From assembly GCF_006345805.1 (NCBI RefSeq), contig NC_043003.1:26164001-26228000 (forward strand): a DNA stretch of 64,000 nt, read 5' to 3'. The position numbers and the translations under genes were made by a program. The stretch comes from Octopus sinensis. Its lineage: Eukaryota. Shown here piece after piece: positions 38,851 through 49,276 of this stretch (positions are counted from its first letter, which is position 1; the number at the start of each line of letters is the position of its first letter). The notes under the pieces are model-generated. The model was not told where the DNA came from, did no database searches, and saw only the letters and a program-made list of their open reading frames with translations.

Positions 38851-39896
38851 TAATGTTTCGCGGTTATTTTCTACTTATGAGAAAATTAATAAATTGTTTT
38901 GTTCTTACCCTTATTTTAATATCCTTTATATATTATAAAGCAAATACTTGTATAAGCACTTGTATACAGATTTTGTAAGTCTATAATTAGGGCTCTGGCC
39001 CGCAACTTTGATGAAAAAACTTAATCTGGAAAGAAAGAAAGAAAATGCTAAGACACCACAGACTGAATGGTACTGGTTGGACATATGTCCCTCCAACTGG
39101 GGCTGAATAATAGCCATTTCAAACACGTTCGTCCTCTCTGCCCCACCCTATAGTTTCAAACTCTCCCTCAAATCATGCCCTACCAACTAAAAGGAAAAGA
39201 GAACATTTGATAATGTGATTGTGATTTCCATGGACATAAAAAAAGGACGGGTTGAAAAAAAAAAATCATTCACAACGAATGATTTTGATCAGAGGTTTGA
39301 TGAGATGAGATGAGATGAGAGGGAGATGAGAGGGAGATGAGCAACAACATAGCTGAGCTATTCTACAGGAATCAACATGACAGAACAAAAAGAACACTTT
39401 GATTATATATAGGTCAGTAAAATTGTTGTATAAGCAACCATATGACTAGATGTTTTTTTTTTCCATCTTGGTATGGTTGGCTGCATCTGGAACCATCTTG
39501 CATAGTGAATAAAATCTTAACACTATGAAACTATCTGACTGCCACCTTGTTTCTCAGTTCTTTTGACATATCACATAGGTGTCATACATACATACCCCCC
39601 CTCCCTCCAAACTCTTCGTACCATATTTTTGTTGAAAAATACAGACTTTATTATTAAGCTAGTGTTTGAAACAAAAAGTCAGTATTTTAGAACAAGGGGT
39701 GGTATCAAGTGGGTCAGTATCAAAAAGGTTAAAGCACACTTTCATCTTTTAGGCAGTCAAGTGAGATTTTAGTGACATTTGGGTGGGTCTGAAACTAACT
39801 TGTATGAATAAAATAATCTTAGCAGTATAAAACTATCAAACCGCCAATCAATTTTCCAGTTCTTTCAACACATCTCATATATATATACATACATAT

Positions 39897-40205
39897 GTGG
39901 AGGCGCAATGGCCTAGTGGTTAGGGCAGCGGACTCGCGGTCGCAGGATCGTGGTTTTGATTCCCAGACCAGGCGTTGTGAGTGTTTATTGAGCGAAAAAC
40001 ACCTAAAAAGCTCCACGAGGCTCCGGCAAGGGGTGGTGATCCCTGCTGTACTCTTTCACCACTCTTTCTCTCACTCTTTCTTCTGTTGGCCTGCTCGCTT
40101 AGCCAGCGGGGTGGCGTCATTCGAAGGCTAAAACAATGCGAATGCATTGTGACCAGTGATGTGTAACAACATCTGATGGTCTGGTCGGTCACGTGATCAC
40201 GTGAT
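39897..40205 (+). mobile_element. Young tRNA-derived SINE (distinct family, CpG-rich)
   Basis: A box TGGCCTAGTGG (39909-39919), B-box-like GGTTTTGATTCC, ends gtcacgtgatcacgtgatata. Confidence 0.8.
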
Positions 40206-40548
40206 ATATACATATACAGGTGCAAGCATGGCAGTGTGGTAAGAAGCTTGCTCCCCAACCACATGATTCTGGGTTCAGTCCCACTGCATGGCACCTTGTA
40301 CAAATGTTTTCTACTAAAGCCTCAAGCTAATCAAAGCCTTGTGAGTGTGTTTGTCCCCTCCCCCATTTGACAACTAGTGCAGGTGTGTTTATGTTCCTGT
40401 AACTTAGTGATTTGGCAAAACAAAACAGACAGAATAAGTACCAGGCTTAAAAAAAAATATGTACTGGAGTCAATTCATTCGACTAAAAATTCTTCAAGGC
40501 AGTGGCCCAGGATGGCCACAGTCTAATGACAAACAAATAAAAGAGAAA

Positions 40549-40587
<39 letters not shown>

Positions 40588-40809
40588 TATATATACACAT
40601 ATATAAATATACATCATAGGCTTTTGTGGCTTTCATCCACAAAATTTTACTCACAAAATATTGATTAATCCAAAGTTAGAGATGGGGACACTTGAATAAG
40701 GTCCCATAGTAGGATTGAACTCACAACCATGTCGTAAAATAAACCAGTAATCACACAGCTATGTCTGTAAGAATTAGAGAATTAAAGAAAGTAAGTATAG
40801 AATGCCTAC

Positions 40810-40930
40810 CTTATTTTATTGGAGCAGTATTTCACCGGTTGGGAAGTATTAATATATACAACACGCTGGTTTGTGGGCTCAACTTCTTCCGTTGTTTCTG
40901 ACTCTGGTACATCGTGCATGGATTGATATG
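40810..40930 (-). CDS. ATP8A1: P4-ATPase exon: (x)YQSMHDVPESETTEEVEPTNQRVVYINTSQPVKYCSNKI(S)
   Basis: 121 nt = 2 + 39 codons + 2. Acceptor tatctttcag|CA, donor AG|gtaggc. Terminal AG plus the first C of exon 14783 gives AGC (Ser) of the conserved N-x-I-S-T-A-K-Y motif. R-x-x-x-I-N...C-x-N-x-I resembles ATP8A exon 2. Intron to next exon is 26,026 nt. Confidence 0.9.
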
Positions 40931-41163
40931 CTGAAAGATACATGTAGAGAAAAAGGTCACTCCAAGAATGAAGAAAATATCTTTCTTTCAAACGAGGCAC
41001 AAGGCCAATTTTATATAAAATTATTTATTACTGTTTGCATTCAGGTCAACCATGGAATAAGCAGAACTATGATTAAAATCGATGTCAGCTATTCCAAAAA
41101 TGTCATACATTCAGGACCTCATTCTTCTATATAAATTTTGTAAACGTTAGAATATGTTTTTAA

Positions 41164-41383
41164 CCCTTTTAAAATATTCATATTACTCAGTTAAATTAAT
41201 ACTTATTTATTCACACTATTTTTAATTGACTATGCGTTGTCTTGCAGCTTCAAGACTTTGATGAAGTGATTTTATTTTTAGAATGATCTTGTATGATAGG
41301 TGTGAGGGACTGGATCTGGCCAGTTTTAATATAAAATAGGTAAAATATTCAGGCTGGATGTGGCTGGTTTTAGTGCTAAAGGA
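41164..41383 (-). mobile_element. piggyBac-like MITE family 2, 230 nt upstream of the 40930 acceptor
   Basis: TTAA-CCCTTT ... GCTAAAGGA-TTAA. Same family as 43059-43280 and about 16890-17105. Confidence 0.65.
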
Positions 41384-41605
41384 TTAAGGAATATGTGGCT
41401 GCTATTTCTAGCAGGTAAAATGAGCACGAATAAGGTCCCTCAGAGCTATATGGCAGGCAGTCAACTGGATTTTTCTTAGGAGGAATGGCAATGCCAAAAA
41501 CTTTTTCATAATCTTCATGAATGGTAGATGGAAGGGACAAAATTATCCTAAGGTCTTAGATCTAGCTAGCAACAAAGTGAACTCTGTTAAAAGCAATCAA
41601 AGACC

Positions 41606-41726
41606 ATTATTTACATTCGACGGATATTTGTCCTCATCTTGTTTGTTGTTAACACGTTTCGACTGATATAAACATTGTGTTAACAACAAACAAAATGAAG
41701 ACAAATATCTGTCGAATGTAAATAAT
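41606..41726. repeat. 50-bp-arm palindrome, probably an internally deleted Penelope-like LTR pair
   Basis: Arms 41606-41655 and 41677-41726 are 47/50 complementary. Loop and arm end hold acgtttcgactgata (reverse: tatcagtcGAAACgt). Confidence 0.7.
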
Positions 41727-43058
41727 GTACATAATTCCTCATCTCTTAAATATAGAACTGAAGCAAAGATCTTTTTTTAAATTTCAGTATTAGTCTGAGA
41801 GAACTGTGAGGCATTAAGAAAAGTGGTACCATCATCCTTTTAACATCGATTTTTCTATACTCAGATGGATCACACAGAATTTGTTGAGGCAGATTTTCTA
41901 CAGCCAGAAGCCCTTTGTATTGCCAACCCTCACTTGTTTCTAAAGTTACGTAATATCTCCCTATGATCGGACATGTTTTCATGGAAGATTGAAAATGACA
42001 CCGCTGTATGACAGTGACATTTATTTACAATTATCCTATCAAGACAATAAGACACACACACACTTCTCGTTGTTTAACCTCAAATCAGATTTGCTTGAAT
42101 GAACCTTTAATTAAAGGCATTCCAGCCATGACCACCTTGGTATCTTGGATCATGCTTTTGCCAAGTTGTTTTAGGTGCCTACATAGTTGCAATATAACAT
42201 CCTCTCAGGCCTACCACTGTTTACTGAGTGGAATAGAACATCAAGGACATGAGAGAGAGGGGGGAGAGGGAGAGATAGAGAGAGGGAGTAAGAGAGATAA
42301 TGACACTAACACTCAGCTGGTACTCATTTTCAGCTGAGGAGACTGAAGCAATGTGAAATGAAGTACTTTACTCAAGGACACAACACACTAACACCCAGTC
42401 TTGGAATTGAACCCATGCCCTTATGATCATGAGCCTATACTCTAATCACTGAACTACATGTCTTCGTATACAGAACCAGTGTCCAATTAACCCCTTCAGT
42501 TTAAGGCTGAAGGGTGTGGTATGAGAGAAAGACACAGAGAGAGAATAAGAGTGAAAGAGGGAGGGAAAGAGTTGGTTACTATAGCTAACAGGATGGGCAA
42601 TCACAGATGCATTTTCATTGGCCAATAGGCTAATTGTTGTTGAGGTAAGTAGGACAGTATTACATATACCACAATTGGTACTAAAGAAAGGAGTAGAGGA
42701 ACATCATAAAATATCTCAACTAAATTACTGCCCCGTACACCAGCTAGAGGCAGCAGCAGATCCTCTATGTGGTTACTCAACCTATTAGAAACAGCAGCCA
42801 AATTTCCCCTAAATTATACCTTGACACTTAAAAAAAGATGATAGCTATTAATATTAGATGCCTGCATATAGTATTAGATGTCTGAAAACAAATGAGATGT
42901 TCATCTTTGAAACACTTGATCACAAGTTGGTTCAATCGGAGCTGACCGAGATAAACAGCAATAATTGTTGCAACTCCTTGTATAGCTAAACTCTTGTAGG
43001 GAGAGTGCAATTAGTCATGGTGGGGGTAACTAATTGCTAACCACTGACTCAACAGTAA

Positions 43059-43280
43059 CCCTTTGGCATTTAAACCAGCCATATCTGGTTCAAATATTCT
43101 ACCTTGTTTTATGTTCAAAACTGACCAGATCTAGCCTCTGACACTTACCCTACAATGTCATTCTAAAAATACACAATCACACCATCAAAATCTCAAAGCT
43201 ACAAGATGATTCATGATTAATTCAAAACAATGTGAATAAATAAGCATTACATTTGACAGAGTAATGTGAATGCTAAAGGG
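43059..43280 (+). mobile_element. piggyBac-like MITE family 2
   Basis: TIR CCCTTTGGCATT / AATGCTAAAGGG, flanks GTAA and TTAA. Confidence 0.75.
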
Positions 43281-43547
43281 TTAAATTTATCTATGCTGTT
43301 GATGTACACAATTATTATGGTGAAATCAATAGATATCTACAATTACTACTAACTACAGTATCATCATTATAAAATACAGATGAGGCTGTGAGGTAAGAAA
43401 TTTACTTCCAACTTCATAGTTCTGAGATCTGTTCCATTCTACAGTACCTTGGGAAAATGTCTTCTAGTGTAGCCTTGGGGTGACCAAAGCCTTGTAAGTG
43501 GATTTGACACATGAAAACTAAGCCTGTTGTGTGTGTGTGTGTGTGTG

Positions 43548-43604
<57 letters not shown>

Positions 43605-43968
43605 TTCGTTTTTGGATTTGGTTTGCAAGATTCTTTATATGAGTTCGTGTGTTGAAGCATATTTTGTTGTGTCTGGGAAGAGTCTTTCTTTTTTAGTGTC
43701 TTATTTAACACACATACACACTGGTAAAGTTTCCACTCATTTATTTTTCCTAAAATTTTTGTTGTGTCACGCAACCTTTTCAATAGTCACTGACCGTCTG
43801 TTAACCGAGCTGTATTCTCGGATAATGGACACAGCCAACGGCTATTGAAAAGGTTGCAAGATGCAACGAACATTTTAGGAAAAATAAATAAGTAAATGAG
43901 TGGAAATTATACCAGTGTGTTAAATAAGGCACTAAAAGAGAATGACTCTCCCCAGACACAACAATATG
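43605..43968. mobile_element. Second copy of the 12398 foldback element with a longer spacer
   Basis: Left terminal ttcgtttttggatttggtttgcaagattctttatatgagttc is the reverse complement of the 12650-12711 terminal. Arms surround a spacer of about 57 bp. Confidence 0.8.
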
Positions 43969-44805
43969 TGTGTGAGCATGTATGCGCATGTGTGTGTTTA
44001 AGTGCATCCATGTTCTCCCTGCCTTGACATTGTGTGATAGTTGTAAAATGATTGTCACTGTCATACAAGCAGTGTTGTTCATTTTGTATATTCTGTGAGA
44101 ACATGCCTAGCTGTGTGGAAATATCACCTTGCCTAGAGACAGGTGAAGGTTGGTGATCGGAGAGGCATCCAGCTACAGAAAATTTGCCTCAAATTCCATC
44201 TGACCCAGGCATGCATGGAAAAGTGACATTAAATGATGAAGCAGACATAATTAAAAGATATTTTGATCAATTAAAATTATTTTTCTCTCTTTATGGTTTG
44301 TTCCTTTGCCCCAATAATGAAGTCATTCACTTAAACACATACACAGAGTAATGTAGCATGGAAAGGGCCACTAAAGTACAAAATTTCAAAAATAGTAGTA
44401 ATATATAAAAAAAAGCCCACCCTTTGATGCCTGATTTCTCCTTAAGAGCTGGTAACCCACATTATGCCACAGCACTCAAAACACAAATACTGCAACTTCA
44501 GACGTTTTATGTTAGCAAACTCAAATGCCTAATAAGTCAATTTTGCAATTCCCCTTGACAAAATGATGAAGGTGAAAAAAAGGTTTTCTATCCTTTTGCA
44601 TGGGCCCAACATTTGTTATGGCAGACTTACTATGGTCAAATTTCCTCGCCTGTTTCCAAGCAGGTTAATATTTCCCCATGGCCAAAGATGGTTTTCATGG
44701 AAAACTGGAATTGAACAACACTGCTTATATGACAGTGGTGTTTGATTACAGCTATCATATGATGTCAAAATACAGGTACACACAAATACACATGCATGTG
44801 TGCAC

Positions 44806-44846
<41 letters not shown>

Positions 44847-45033
44847 TATATACATGAAGCATTACACATGATGCACTTGTTTCTAGCAAATCCATTCCAA
44901 GCTTTGGTTGGCCCAGGATTATATTAAAAAATACACGACCAAGGTACCACACAGTGGGACTAAAACTGAAACCACACAGCTTGGAAGTAAACTTCTCAAC
45001 CACACAGCCATACCTGCACATACACACACACAT

Positions 45034-45065
<32 letters not shown>

Positions 45066-45159
45066 TTATTTATTACATATATACATACACTTCATGAAAG
45101 TAATGTGGGGTGGAAAAGCAGTCAGTCTACTTTTTAATGGTGGGACACAAAAGAAACTA

Positions 45160-45389
45160 CAGTAATCCCACACCATATTGCAGTTCGCCTATTGCGGTTT
45201 ATTATTTAAGTTTATGTGAATAACTGCGTGGTTTTATTTTGCATTCATAATAAAAATAAACTTATACAAATTATAAGAATAATAAAAAAAATATACAGTA
45301 CAACACTGTTTCTACTTCACGGATTTTCACTTATCACAGGTGTTGGGGGGGGGGGGGTTTTAACATAACACCTGCTTTAATTGAGGAAT

Positions 45390-45394
<5 letters not shown>
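45160..45394. mobile_element. pogo/Tigger-like MITE
   Basis: TA-CAGTAATCCC ... GGAATTACT-ATA ends, with a ttcacggattttcacttatcac subterminal motif. Confidence 0.55.
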
Positions 45395-45418
<24 letters not shown>

Positions 45419-45423
<5 letters not shown>

Positions 45424-46017
45424 TCATCATCGTTTAGCGTTCGTTTTCCATGCTAGCATGGGTTGGACGGTTCGACCGGGGTCTGGGAAGCTAGGAGGCT
45501 ACACCAGGCTCCAGTCTGATCTGGCAGTGTTTCAACAGCTGGATGCCCTTCCTAATGCCAACCACTCCATGAGTGTAGTGGGTGCTTTTTACGTGCCAGG
45601 GGAGGCTGGCACCAGTCACGATCAGTTGATGCTTTTTATGTGCCACCGGCACAGAAGCCTGTCAAGGCGGCACTGGCATCGGCCACGTTCAGATAGTGCT
45701 TTTTATGTGCCACCGGCACAGGTATCACAACTAGAATTCCATTTGATTTTTATTTTGATGTTGATGTACTTGACTCAATAGGTCTCCTCAAGCACAGCAG
45801 GTTGCCCTATGATCCAAGGTAAGCACAGCAGGCCATCCTGCGATCCAAGGCACTTTGGATGGTCTGGGGCTGCTATGTGAAGCTGGTGCAGGAAACAGCC
45901 ATGAACTCACATTATTTGTCAGATCTTCGCAGTCACAGCATATCTCCAGAGATCTCGGTCTTTCGTTATTGTCTCTGTGAGGCCCAATGTTCAAAGGTCA
46001 TGCTTGACCACCTCATC

Positions 46018-46020
<3 letters not shown>
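45419..46020 (-). mobile_element. 5'-truncated RTE LINE: ORF C-terminus, 3' UTR and (GAT)n tail
   Basis: Minus strand WDEVVKHDL*TLGLTETITKDRDLWRYAVTAKI* continues into the UTR ...ggcacgtaaaaagcacccactacactcatggagtggttggcattaggaagggcatccagc...catgctagcatggaaaacgaacgctaaacgatgatgatg. Confidence 0.85.
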
Positions 46021-46056
<36 letters not shown>

Positions 46057-46722
46057 GAGAGAGAAAGAGAGAGAGAGAGGGGTGAATATAAAACTCTATA
46101 ATGTTTTTTTTTTCTTTTGTTAAACTTAAAATCCTTCACATCTAAGGCAAGTTGCTTACATACAATGGATAAGGTACTTTTCACATGTTTAATTCAATAA
46201 GCAGTGGAAAAGCCAAGTAGTTACAAGGTGAAGAAAAGACAAGTTTTCAGTTTAATGTCTGAAACCATATTTTAATCCTTTTGGCAGGTACAGGAGACAC
46301 TGTTGGGTAGGTTTCAGTCGTATTGATCTCACTAAAGCATAAACTTCACAGTGCTTTCTGAAGCAGTGAAAAGAGAACTATTCATAATTGTATATATTAA
46401 TGTACAGAAAATTTTCTAAATTGCATACAATAGAAACTGTGGCTGTATATGGGGTATTATACAAAGAGTCACAAATTTTGTGCATTTCTCTTTTTAACAA
46501 TTGCTGTTATAAAGTTTTTAAACATTTTTTTATATGGCTGACAGTCTACAATAAATGTTTTACAATTTCGTATATCATGCTTTGCTACTCAAGAATACTT
46601 ATTGGATAGATTTCCAATTAAAAGTCAATGCATAGGATTTGAATTATAACTATTGTATCACTGTTTAGAGAATATATGACATATTTAAGAAAATGCTAGC
46701 TGTTTTTGTCAGTTTATATATA

Positions 46723-47614
46723 CACAGGATGTCCCAAAAGTCACTGACAGGTTTCAATTTTTAAAATCTTCTTTAACTTCACAAATAAATGTATGAAATT
46801 TTGATACAATATAGAGGACATAATGGAAATTAATATGCACAAGTCGAATTTTGCAACACCACTACATGACATATGGAAAGTGACATCGCTTAAATGGCAG
46901 TCATTTTCAACTTCATGCGCCAGTGCTCATTCCAAAGCTTGCATCATAATATCATCAAGAGTTTCAGACCCCACTTCTCTGATTTCCCTATAGATGTTCT
47001 CCTTCAGTTGCACCAGGGTCTCTGGTTTGTTGATGTAAACCCTCTCTTTCAGATATCCCCACAAGAAAAAATCCGGGTGAGACCAGTCAGAGGAACATGA
47101 AGGCCATTCAAAGGAGACCTCACACATGGTTCCAGCAAGAGAGGGCAATTGCTCATACTGCAAGAGAAACAATGCAGTTCCTACAGCAGTGCTTCGGAGA
47201 GAGAACAATCTTTCACTACGACAATGTCAACTAGCCTTCATGTTCCCCAAATTTGACTGGCTCAGATTTTTTCTTGTGGGGATACCTGAAAAAGAGGGTT
47301 TACATCAACAAACCAGAGACCCTGGTGCAACTGAAGGAGAACATCAATAAAGAAATCAGAGAAGTGGGGTCTGAAACTCTTGAGGATGTTATGGTGCAAG
47401 TTTTGGAAAGAGCACGCATGTGTGAAGCCAAAAATGGATGCCTTTAAGCGATGTCATTTTTCATAAGTGAAGTAGTGGTGTTGCAAAATTTGACTTGTGC
47501 ATATTAATTTCCATTAGGTCCTTTATATTATATCAAAATTTCATGCTTTTACTTGTAAAGTTAAGGAAGTCATTAAAAATTGAAAACTCATCAGTACTTT
47601 TGGGACACCTAGTG
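46723..47614. mobile_element. Tc1/mariner DD41D (rosa/visitor-like) non-autonomous element made of two inverted 3' ends
   Basis: TIRs CACAGGATGTCCCAAAAGTCACTG and CAGTACTTTTGGGACACCTAGTG. Plus arm WFQQE-41 aa-DFFLWGYLKKRVYINKPETLVQLKENI; minus arm WPSCS...DFFLWGYLKERVYINKPETLVQLKENI. Confidence 0.85.
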
Positions 47615-48589
47615 TGTGTGTGTATAAATTGTCTCATAACTGCAACCAACCAAACAGAAATTTCAAAGAGGGGGTGTGTGTGCATGTGTATACATATAAT
47701 CTTTTAATCATTTCAGTTATTGAAATGTAGCCATGCTACAGCACTGCCTTAAAGAGTTTAGTTGGACAAATTGGCCCCGGTACATATTTTTAAGCCAGGC
47801 ACTTATTCTATCAGTCATTCTTTTAGCCAAATCCCTAACTTATAGGGATGTAAACAAACCAACACCGGATGTCAAGTGGCGTAAGGGAACCAACACAACA
47901 TGTATAGATTATATATATTATGCATTTAAGACCACCAACCACCTGACCCTCGAGTGCTTCTAGATACAACCTTTAGGACCAGACCTGCTGTTTCATTGTT
48001 GCTCATGGCTTTGTTGCAGATATTGAACACCAATCTGGGAAAATACACAAAAATCAGTCTTTCCTCCCTTGATTCTCACACTCACACACGCACAAAAGCC
48101 TCCTCACACCCTTCTCTCTTTCTCTCACTCACCCACTCAGTTTCCACCTTCAAGTGGAGCTGAAGTGTCCATCCATTCACTACAGTCAAAACCTACAACC
48201 TTCACCCCTTCCTTTCTTTAAATTTGCTCAAGTGTACAACTTCCCTTTCTCACCATCACCTTTCACTGTCAAGTGATATTTCAAGAAGGTGATGAGAGTA
48301 TAATTTTGATTACTTAGGCACATAGCCAACAATAGAAAAAGCCAGTGTGTGAGTGTGTGTGTGTACATACTAAGTAATAATTTATTATATTTTGTACTCT
48401 GTCAGTTTTAGTCATAGGACTGTGGCTATTTTGGAGTGCTACTATCTAGAACAGGGTTTAAAGAAACTATGTAGTTTTGGGGTGAATTGCAAGTAAAAGG
48501 CAAGGCTTTGGATCCATGGGACTTTCACTTCAGTTCCACTGTGTGGCATCTTGGGTAAGTATCTTCTACTATAACTCTGGGCTGATCAA

Positions 48590-48925
48590 CATCATTCATC
48601 ATTCTTCGACCGTGGTCGAGACAATGGAATTTACCATGCTACGCCAGACTTCACGGTCCATCATAGCATTATGGAGGTCCTGTTGCTGGATGCCTGTATC
48701 CCTGGGGATTACATCAGGGTAGGAGAGTGTGCGCCCTCTGGTATCATGAGTAGATGGCTTCCAGAGGAGAAGAGTAGAAATTGCCTCGTTTTCAGCTCTA
48801 CAACAATGTCCAGCAAACTGGACTCTCCTACCTTTCACAAGAGGTGACACAGGTGGTAGTTTCCCATATATTTGCATTTTGGTTGGATGACACTTCCACG
48901 AGAGATTTTGAGCTCTCATACGGAG
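48590..48925 (-). mobile_element. RTE-X-like LINE 3' fragment inserted next to a truncated CORE SINE
   Basis: HPTKMQIYGKLPPVS...RRVQFAGHCCRAENEAISTLLLWKP...RGRTLSYPDVIPRDTG...AMMDREVWR, with a (TGA)-rich tail. Confidence 0.8.
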
Positions 48926-49276
48926 ATCAACACCATGTGAGTGGATCTGGAAAACAGAAACTATGCTGAAGCCTTTTAAGTGTGTGTACGTGAGACTGTC
49001 TCCCTACCTCTTGGCAACTGGTAATGGTTTGTTTACATCCCCATAGCTTAATAGTTTGGCATAAGAGATAAATAGAATCAATACAAGACTTAAGAAAATA
49101 AGTACTGGGATCAATTTGTTTGACCAAACCCTTCAAGGCAGTGTGGCCCAACACGGCTGCAGTCCAGTGACTGAGACAAGAAAGAAAAGTAGGATAGTTC
49201 TGTTGAAAATTACATGGCTTTTGTTTTAATTAATTTTGAAAGTAACAAAGAATTTAATAAAATAACTAGCATTATT

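Larger units (their letters stand above)
36397..39030 (+). mobile_element. Decayed hAT (Buster/Charlie/SPIN-like) DNA transposon; left TIR present, right TIR not found
   Basis: Left end CAGGCATGGGCAACCTTTGGCCC preceded by TCTTAGCT (NNNTANNN Buster target pattern). Subterminal ctggcccgc motif near 38995. Confidence 0.85.

Noticed and set aside
39897-39975. tRNA-like gene with A and B boxes
   Set aside because: It continues into a SINE body, lacks a complete cloverleaf and terminator, and is a SINE head.
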